Part shown: piece after piece, positions 57,496-64,000 of the stretch
Layout of the letters: each line of letters starts with the position of its first letter
Numbering within the stretch: the stretch's first letter is position 1
DNA from: an uncultured bacterium
GTDB taxonomy: Bacteria; Bacteroidota; Rhodothermia; Rhodothermales; DASSAV01
Reading direction: 5' to 3'
Assembly: GCA_965365445.1 (NCBI GenBank)
Contig: CBDUBS010000001.1
Location: forward strand, 13,669 to 77,668
DNA: 64,000 nucleotides
Translations under genes and position numbers: made by a program
Notes under the pieces: model-generated
Told to the model about the DNA's origin: nothing
What the model saw: only the letters and a program-made list of their open reading frames with translations
The model's database searches: none

Positions 57496-59274
57496 ATGAA
57501 ACCAGCACCTCAGGATACGGACAGTATCGGCAGGCATTCCCAGCGGACAGAGCGGTTCGACCTGAACGCACTGTACGAAACGAGCCGCCTGCTCAGCGCC
57601 TCCCTCGATCTCGCGTTCGTGCTGAATAACCTGCTCCTCACCGCAATGAGCAAACTGCTCATTACGCGGGGGGCGGTGTTGCTTTATGATCCGGTGGAGC
57701 AAGCCTATCGTACGGCTTCGTCAAAGGGCCTTCCCAGCCTCGCGCTGGAATCCCTGGTTCGCCTTCCGATCCCGCTACCGGAAGGAACCCTGACCGAAGA
57801 TGCCGTACCGGCAGAGTTGGCCGAACACCGGGTAGCCCTGGTGCTGCCGGTGCGGTTCGGGCATCGCGAGATCGGGCTGATCGCACTCGGGGCGAAAGCG
57901 ACGAACCGCCCCTTTGAGGTCAGCGAACTGGAATTCATCCAGTCGCTGGTCAATATGTCGGCGGCGGCCGTCCACAACTCGTTGATCGTCAAAGAACTCG
58001 AACAGGCCAATCGCGATCTGGACGGTAAGATTCAACAGCTCGACACGCTATTCGAAATATCACAGGAGTTCAATGCAACCCTCAACAGGAAGCAGCTCGT
58101 AAAGTCGCTCTCGTTCTCGTTGATGGGCCAGATGATGATCGGGCGATACCTGTTTCTGATGCGGCCGGGCAACGGCAACCGTTTATCCCCAGGCGACGAG
58201 ACACCCTTTCAGACTATCGCATCGAAAGGCATACGCGACGCCGATCTCGATTCCGCAACACTCTCCCGCTTGTGCGTGCTGAAAACCGCCGTGTCGCTAG
58301 CCGACGACTCCGGCGAGGACCCTGCCTGGGAGCCGTTGAAGAAGCTTGGCATCGCGCTGATCGTTCCCCTGCGCAAGAACGATGCGACATGCGCCCTGTT
58401 CTGTCTCGGCTGCAAACTGACCGGCCTCCCCTTCGAGCCGGGGGAAATCGACTTTCTGTACGCGCTGGGAAACATGGCGTTCGTTGCGATTCAGAATACG
58501 TACCTGATCGAAGAACTGCTCGAAAAGGAGCGCATGGAAGAGGAGATGAGACTGGCGCGGGACATTCAGCTGCGCCTGCTTCCGCAGGAGATTCCTTCTT
58601 TTAAAAACATCGATCTCGCCAGTCTGGCCGTACCAAGCCGGCAAGTAGGAGGAGACTACTTCGACATCACCCGGCTCGCGGACGAGCGGTTCCTAGTAGC
58701 CGTAGCGGACGTGACGGGCAAGGGCGTTCCGGCCGCGCTTCTGATGGCCAATTTGCAGGCCTGCCTGCACGTGTTGCTCCCGATGCCGATGTCGATCGAG
58801 GAAGCCACGACGCACATAAACCGGGTGATTTGCGAAAACACCAGCTACGATAAGTTCATAACCTATTTCCACGGTATTTATCACCAGAAAACCGGCTTGT
58901 TCGATTACGTCAATGCCGGCCACAACCCGCCCATGTTGTTGCGCGCCGACGGATCCCTCGAACTGCTTGAAACAGGGGGGTTGTTACTCGGGGTGATGAA
59001 AGACCTGGCTTATGAAAGGGGCACGGTACGAATGGCAGCCGGCGACTTGCTCGCCCTGTATACCGACGGCGTAACGGAAGCGATGAGCCCCGAGGGGGAA
59101 GAGTTCGGCGAAGAACGCCTGCAACACATCTTGAAAACGCATGGCGGCCAGACGGCGAGCCAGATACTCAACGCGGTCTACAACGAGATACGGCGCTTCA
59201 GCGCAGATCCCACGATGCTGAGCGATGACCTGACCATGGTCGTACTTAAGATCGACGGGCCGTATGCGCCGTAA
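57496..59274 (+). CDS. GAF-GAF-SpoIIE (PP2C-type) serine phosphatase
   Basis: 592 aa. Two GAF-like blocks, then RDIQLRLLPQ...VGGDYFD...VADVTGKGVPAALLMA...YTDGVTEA. Confidence 0.85.
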   Translation: MKPAPQDTDSIGRHSQRTERFDLNALYETSRLLSASLDLAFVLNNLLLTAMSKLLITRGAVLLYDPVEQAYRTASSKGLPSLALESLVRLPIPLPEGTLTEDAVPAELAEHRVALVLPVRFGHREIGLIALGAKATNRPFEVSELEFIQSLVNMSAAAVHNSLIVKELEQANRDLDGKIQQLDTLFEISQEFNATLNRKQLVKSLSFSLMGQMMIGRYLFLMRPGNGNRLSPGDETPFQTIASKGIRDADLDSATLSRLCVLKTAVSLADDSGEDPAWEPLKKLGIALIVPLRKNDATCALFCLGCKLTGLPFEPGEIDFLYALGNMAFVAIQNTYLIEELLEKERMEEEMRLARDIQLRLLPQEIPSFKNIDLASLAVPSRQVGGDYFDITRLADERFLVAVADVTGKGVPAALLMANLQACLHVLLPMPMSIEEATTHINRVICENTSYDKFITYFHGIYHQKTGLFDYVNAGHNPPMLLRADGSLELLETGGLLLGVMKDLAYERGTVRMAAGDLLALYTDGVTEAMSPEGEEFGEERLQHILKTHGGQTASQILNAVYNEIRRFSADPTMLSDDLTMVVLKIDGPYAP

Positions 59275-59305
59275 ACTTTGCACGCATCGCTACTATCCGA
59301 GCTTG

Positions 59306-60562
59306 TCAGGATTCGGATGGATGGGCCTGCGAGGATACGCAGGATAGCATTTCCTCCTCGGCAGGAGTCAACGTGCGGTCCCGGCGGCGCATCACTGCAC
59401 GGGCTACTTCGAGCGCTTTTTCCAGACGATAGGGCACGAATCCCTCCTCCGGCCCTCCCCAGGAAAAGGAGGGTACGAAGCGCGGCATATATCCGGACCC
59501 GAACAGGTTGCAGGCGGCCCCTACTACGGTACCGGTGTTGAACATCGTATCGATGCCGCACTTCGAATGGTCGCCCATGAACAGGCCAAGAAACTGACGG
59601 CTCGTCGATTCCGTCCGGCCCAGGTGCATGTTATACAGGGATACCGGACCGTAATCGTTTCTGAGGTTGCTGTTGTTCGTATCCGCGCCGAGGTTGCACC
59701 ACCGCCCTATGTATGAATCGCCGAGGTAACCCGCATGGGCTTTGTTGCTGTACGAATGCATCAGGCTGGCATGAACTTCACCTCCTACCTTGCAGCCCGG
59801 CCCGATCGAGCAGCCCTCCAGGTTGGCGCCGACACGAGCCTGCGAACGCTCCCCCAGATAAAGGGGGCCGCGCAAAACAGCCCCTTCCGCTACGCCGGCT
59901 TCCCTGTCGATGTATATCGGACCCTCTTCGGCGTTGAGAATACAGCCGGGCGCCAGACGCACGCCGGGCGCGAGATAAATCCGTTCGGGTTCACTCATTA
60001 CGACCCCCTGCCCCATTGCAACCCCGGTTCGTTCATACATCCGATACCCTCCGGTCAGCGTTTCGTAATCGCGCAGGAGGGCCCTGTGCAGTTCATCGAG
60101 CAGATGCCATAAGCGACCGATCATCCGGGCGCCTGTTACCTTTTCTTCCCTGAACCCGGAAAACGTTTCTACGGAGACCGTGTCGGATCCCGGAACGCCG
60201 TCTTTCACAGCGGGCGCCCAGGCCGCAATAAGGTCGTCGCCCTGCGTGAAAAGCGTGCCGGGCTCCCCTGCCCGCGCGGCTCCACGGAGCCGTTCCAGTA
60301 TCTCTCCCTTTTCGGGTAAATACCTTCCGTTTATAAATAGAACGTCTAAACCGGCCGGAACCCGGTTAAGAGCGTCATTCTCGTTCGCCGTTATGCCGGC
60401 TACCACCCTGCGGGCTTGAACGAACACCGTCGGGTTACCGAACGCCCGGCGCACGGCGTTCAAGTTCGTCATCATCCCGACGCGCAGGTCGTAAACGGCG
60501 CGGGTCAGCACAAGAGGTTCGAGGTGATGGACATGGTCGTCTTCGAAAAGGCAGACATACAT
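59306..60562 (-). CDS. GlmU-like putative sugar nucleotidyltransferase with left-handed beta-helix
   Basis: MYVCLFEDD...LEPL...R.VYDLRVG start and hexapeptide-repeat C-terminal region (IGPGCKVGGEV..., IGRWCNLGADTNNSN). Start was taken at 60562 (track 60853). Confidence 0.6.
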   Translation of the reverse strand: MYVCLFEDDHVHHLEPLVLTRAVYDLRVGMMTNLNAVRRAFGNPTVFVQARRVVAGITANENDALNRVPAGLDVLFINGRYLPEKGEILERLRGAARAGEPGTLFTQGDDLIAAWAPAVKDGVPGSDTVSVETFSGFREEKVTGARMIGRLWHLLDELHRALLRDYETLTGGYRMYERTGVAMGQGVVMSEPERIYLAPGVRLAPGCILNAEEGPIYIDREAGVAEGAVLRGPLYLGERSQARVGANLEGCSIGPGCKVGGEVHASLMHSYSNKAHAGYLGDSYIGRWCNLGADTNNSNLRNDYGPVSLYNMHLGRTESTSRQFLGLFMGDHSKCGIDTMFNTGTVVGAACNLFGSGYMPRFVPSFSWGGPEEGFVPYRLEKALEVARAVMRRRDRTLTPAEEEMLSCVSSQAHPSES

Positions 60563-60743
60563 GAGGGTACGGTCTATCTCTGAAACGGCATACGTGCGAA
60601 AAAACCCGATCTTCTTCAAAGAATGTAGGAATCGGGGCCTATATACTTGCGAAACGGCGGCGTAACGATCCGAAATAATTTCCTTCGTGACCCCGATTCC
60701 GTATTTTACGAAACCGACCCTAAAACCGACTACCGTAAATGCT

Positions 60744-61418
60744 ATGAAGTTCTTTATCGACACAGCAGACCTGGACGAAATCCGCGAAGCAAACGACATG
60801 GGCGTGCTCGACGGCGTTACCACGAACCCGTCGTTGATGAAAAAAGCGGGCAACGTTACCTTCCACGAGCATATCTACAAGATTTGCGAGCTCGTCGATG
60901 GCGACGTTTCGGCTGAAGTAACAGCGACCGACTTCGACGGCATCATGGCGGAAGGCCATGTGCTCGCCAAAATCCATCCCAACGTCGTGGTTAAAGTGCC
61001 CCTCATTCTCGACGGCATCAAGGCCATCAAAGCGTTCAAGGAGGAGGGCATTCGGACGAACTGCACCCTCTGTTTTTCGCCGACCCAGGCGCTGGTAGCG
61101 GCCAAAGCAGGTGCAACCTACATCAGCCCCTTCCTGGGCCGTCTCGATGACATCGCGACGGACGGTATGGAACTGGTTCGGCAGATCGTACAGATATACG
61201 ACAACTATGGGTACGCAACCGAGGTTATTTCCGCCTCCATCCGCCACCCGTTGCACGTTGTGGATGCCGGCCTTGCCGGGGCGCATATTGCCACGATGCC
61301 CTTCGGCGTCATCAAGCAACTGATCAAACACCCGCTGACCGATATCGGTCTCAGCCGATTCCTGGCCGACTGGAAAGCATACGAAGCAGCGCTCGAGGCG
61401 GAAGCCAAAACGGCCTGA
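60744..61418 (+). CDS. fsa: Fructose-6-phosphate aldolase / short transaldolase (Fsa/TalC family)
   Basis: [37 protein letters not shown] and [10 protein letters not shown] (Schiff-base Lys region). The aldolase versus transaldolase activity cannot be separated by eye. Confidence 0.9.
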   Translation: MKFFIDTADLDEIREANDMGVLDGVTTNPSLMKKAGNVTFHEHIYKICELVDGDVSAEVTATDFDGIMAEGHVLAKIHPNVVVKVPLILDGIKAIKAFKEEGIRTNCTLCFSPTQALVAAKAGATYISPFLGRLDDIATDGMELVRQIVQIYDNYGYATEVISASIRHPLHVVDAGLAGAHIATMPFGVIKQLIKHPLTDIGLSRFLADWKAYEAALEAEAKTA

Positions 61419-61461
61419 TCATTCCGGCTGGTCTACCCGGGTGGCCTGGAGCAACACGGCT

Positions 61462-62721
61462 TCAGGCCACTTCTTTTTTCGGTGAACTCATCCTTACAGG
61501 GCCGGCCGGTTCGATTGCGATGGTTTCTCCAGGAGCCAGGCGCAAAAATCGGTCACCGTTTCCCGAGGCCCCGGCCAGTTCGGAAGCCCGATCCGCTCCT
61601 GCGGTCAGCGCATCATCCGCCATGTCGAACGTACCCCAGTGTATGGGGATGAAATATTGCGCCCTCAATTCCTGAAAAGACTGAAACGCCTCCTCCGGGT
61701 TCATATGAACCTCTTGCATGAACCAGCGCGGCTCGTAGGCGCCAACAGGTAACAAGGCGATCTCCGGCGGCCCGATACGGCGACGAATCTCATCGAAAAA
61801 AGGAGCATACGCCGTATCTCCGGCAAAGTAAATCCGCACGGTGTTTTGCACCGACTTGAGGTACCAACCGCACCAGAGGGCGCCGTCCCGGTTGGTTAGT
61901 CCACGGCCGGAGAAGTGTTTCGCCGGAGTGCAATGCACTTCATAGTCGCCCAGCGACATAGCCTGCCACCAGTCCATTTCGACGACCCGCTCGACTCCCC
62001 ATTGGCGCAAAATGGCTCCCACCCCCAGAGGAACGAGGTACACTGGAGAAAAACGGCGTTCGATACGCTCTATGCTCGATTTATCCAGATGGTCGTAGTG
62101 GTCATGAGAAATGATGACGAGATCAAGAGCCGGGAGGTCCTCGATGCCCACAACGAGATCAGCCATGCGGCGGGGGCCCGCCCAGGGGACAGGGCTTGCC
62201 CGGACGCTGAATTGAGGATCGGTCAACACGTTCAGATCGGGGGCGCGCAGGTATACGGTTGAATGACCGATCCAGGTGATCCGGGGCGACGGGGTTCCCC
62301 GGACGGCAAGGCCGGCATCCGGCAAGACAGCCGCTGCGGGCAATGCGTTTGTGCCGCGCAGGATACGGCCCAGCATCCAACCCAGCATCTTCGCGACGGG
62401 TACGTCGCGCTCGGGACCCCAGGGATTGCGGAACCCTCCCCCCTGTTTTCGATGCGAAGTATTGCCGTTCGAAAGGTTTTCCAATCGATTCAGCAGAGGC
62501 CGCTCATACCGACTTTTCTGATCTTTTTCGATGTGATGTCCCTCTGTTCCTGTCTTTCGTTGTTTTACCCCCCTTCCCCTGCAACGCATGTTGTATTCCG
62601 CTGGAGGTCCAGCATCGCATTGCTCGTTCAATCGCACGAAACCATCCCGATCAGCCGCCGGTTCGACCGTAACAGGAACGGCGGCCACCGGGGCGTGGAG
62701 GAACGAGAGTGTACCGACCAT
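61462..62721 (-). CDS. MBL-fold hydrolase, NAPE-PLD-like
   Basis: RITWIGHSTVYL...VLTDPQFS...VIISHDHYDHLD...FAGDTAY...IHWGTF. The true start is probably internal (for example MRCRG near 62589), because the first roughly 45 codons look non-coding. Confidence 0.7.
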   Translation of the reverse strand: MVGTLSFLHAPVAAVPVTVEPAADRDGFVRLNEQCDAGPPAEYNMRCRGRGVKQRKTGTEGHHIEKDQKSRYERPLLNRLENLSNGNTSHRKQGGGFRNPWGPERDVPVAKMLGWMLGRILRGTNALPAAAVLPDAGLAVRGTPSPRITWIGHSTVYLRAPDLNVLTDPQFSVRASPVPWAGPRRMADLVVGIEDLPALDLVIISHDHYDHLDKSSIERIERRFSPVYLVPLGVGAILRQWGVERVVEMDWWQAMSLGDYEVHCTPAKHFSGRGLTNRDGALWCGWYLKSVQNTVRIYFAGDTAYAPFFDEIRRRIGPPEIALLPVGAYEPRWFMQEVHMNPEEAFQSFQELRAQYFIPIHWGTFDMADDALTAGADRASELAGASGNGDRFLRLAPGETIAIEPAGPVRMSSPKKEVA

Positions 62722-63307
62722 ACTGCCCGACCATTAATCAGTATGCCGGTTCGGTTTATCGGAGTACATGATCGCACGTGGGCGGTTCCGGGATATGGCG
62801 AAGAATCGGGAGAGTCCAGTCAACGCTTCTACGGAACGGCCCACATCCACCTCGTGCAGATCACGAAGGCTATCCTGAAAACTGCCGTTTCTCCTTGAAA
62901 CCGACGCAATCAGCCGTCGGTATATGTCGTCAGGAGTTCCCCGTCGTTTTTCCCCGATCCATTAATCCACCACGAGTCGCGGTGCAAGAGCAGTAGAGCG
63001 GCGCATATTGAAGAAACGCTCCGTTAGTTTGTATCTTATTTTTTTATAATAATTTATATGCTTAATCGGTAGATAGGGGGTTACGAAAGGTGTATCCGGT
63101 ATGGTATAAATTATGAATGCGCCGGGTAATCTCATGAACCTTACTTATTTTGGCAATTGCTCCGACCGGACAGAATGTGTCGGGTCGGGTGGGTACACGT
63201 TTTTGGAGTAGTTTATCCCTTTTCCGTGGCGCCTTGCGTTTGAACGGTTTTCAAAATAGTTCGTGGGCCATGGAAGAGGCACGCAGAGAGGTTTTACAAG
63301 GATTCGT

Positions 63308-64000
63308 ATGGTTTATCTTGCACTCGGCGATACCGACGGGATTGGCGCCAGCTGCCATTTTATAAAAGCAGGTGATACAGGGATTCTCCTCGACGTGGGC
63401 GCCGATCCGGAAGAAGAAGGCCCGGCCTCACTGCCGGATTTCTCCATGCTGAAGGGCAATCCGGATTGGTACGTCGATCATGCGATTGTCACCCATGCCC
63501 ACCACGACCATGTGGGAGCCGTTCCGAATCTGATCCAGCAGTTTCCCCACGTTATGGTTCACATGACGCGGGCGACGCGCCAGTTGACGGATCTCTTGCT
63601 TCCGGCGTCCGCTCGTTTGCAGCGCAGGCGGCTGCGTGAAGGTTCCTCGCCGTACGCGCCCCTTTACACGGAAGAAGACATTCAGGTTTTCAGCTACCTG
63701 TTTCTGGCGCATGATCTAAACGAGGAGTTCGACGTTTCAGGCATCCGCGCCCAGCAACCGGTCAAGGGCAAGTTTTATAATGCCGGACACGTACTGGGAG
63801 CGGCCGGCGTTTTACTCACCTATCATGAAAACGGGGAGCCTCGTCGCCTGTTCTATACGAGCGATACGAATATCCGTCCCCAGTCCATTCTCCCCGGAGG
63901 CGAATACCCGGAGGCGCCTATAGATGTCCTCATACTCGAATCGACGCTGGGCGCCGACCCGGAGGCCGAACTGACCACCCGCCGGACGGAGGAACAACGC
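63308..64000 (+). CDS. Beta-CASP/MBL-fold (CPSF/RNase J-like) hydrolase, N-terminal 231 codons (continues past window end)
   Basis: Frame is open from the ATG at 63308 to base 64000 and is absent from the ORF track. My translation reads MVYLALGDTDGIGASCHFIKAGDTGILLDVG...IVTHAHHDHVGAVP...YNAGHVLGAAGV...FYTSDT...VLILESTLG. Confidence 0.7.
   Translation, partial: MVYLALGDTDGIGASCHFIKAGDTGILLDVGADPEEEGPASLPDFSMLKGNPDWYVDHAIVTHAHHDHVGAVPNLIQQFPHVMVHMTRATRQLTDLLLPASARLQRRRLREGSSPYAPLYTEEDIQVFSYLFLAHDLNEEFDVSGIRAQQPVKGKFYNAGHVLGAAGVLLTYHENGEPRRLFYTSDTNIRPQSILPGGEYPEAPIDVLILESTLGADPEAELTTRRTEEQR

Noticed and set aside
62731-62967. 9-bp direct repeat CCATTAATC (62731-39 and 62959-67) as a target-site duplication of a small insertion
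   Set aside because: There are no terminal inverted repeats inside the repeats. A single 9-mer recurrence within about 600 bp is roughly what chance predicts.
63021-63066. dif-like XerC/XerD site in the AT-rich core
   Set aside because: The reverse complement gives ATTAAGCATAT-AAATTA-TTATAAAAAAA, only 6/11 and 7/11 matches to the E. coli dif arms. AT-rich DNA yields such matches easily, and the site sits between divergent rather than convergent genes.
1-64000. Scan for CRISPR arrays, tRNA/rRNA/tmRNA/RNase P RNA, transposases, integrases and known defence genes
   Set aside because: I found no regularly spaced direct repeats, no tRNA T-arm/acceptor signatures, no conserved RNase P, tmRNA or SRP blocks, and no recombinase-like ORFs by eye. 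A tRNAscan-SE, Infernal and ISfinder run would be needed to be definitive.

Overview
This is a GC-rich, gene-dense chromosomal segment with about 55 supportable CDS on both strands. It reads like core genome of a Bacteroidota/Rhodothermota-type organism: T9SS plug-like lipoprotein, DUF4783-like and DUF2851-like proteins, an Hc1-like histone, TonB, and a Tat-signal Gfo/Idh/MocA oxidoreductase. Housekeeping anchors are dnaE, cysS, tex, pyrF, hisI, recO, lexA, msrA, msrB, fsa, yidD and moaB. I recognised no rRNA, tRNA, CRISPR array, transposase, integrase or known defence-system gene, and no clear accessory island. Two real CDS run off the window edges and are missing from the ORF track: a GspE/PilB-family ATPase (1..1092, minus) and a beta-CASP/MBL hydrolase (63308..64000, plus). 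Many long track ORFs are antisense or alternative-frame artefacts of high GC, and several true genes start well inside their track ORF. I could not identify a convincingly novel multi-gene system. The best candidates carry only moderate interest: (1) a DUF4783-like protein, a 1392-aa polytopic NtrY-type kinase and a secreted EEP-fold protein; (2) a polytopic peptidase_MA/TPR protein adjacent to, and possibly start/stop-coupled with, a T9SS plug-like lipoprotein; (3) a structured leader upstream of an unusual yidD-moaB-sugE operon, possibly a Moco riboswitch; (4) msrA with two plausible starts, exported versus cytoplasmic; (5) the lexA control region; (6) an LTxxQ lipoprotein, a tandem TerB-like protein and an orphan OmpR regulator. 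All family calls come from motif recognition in the translations. No database search was run.
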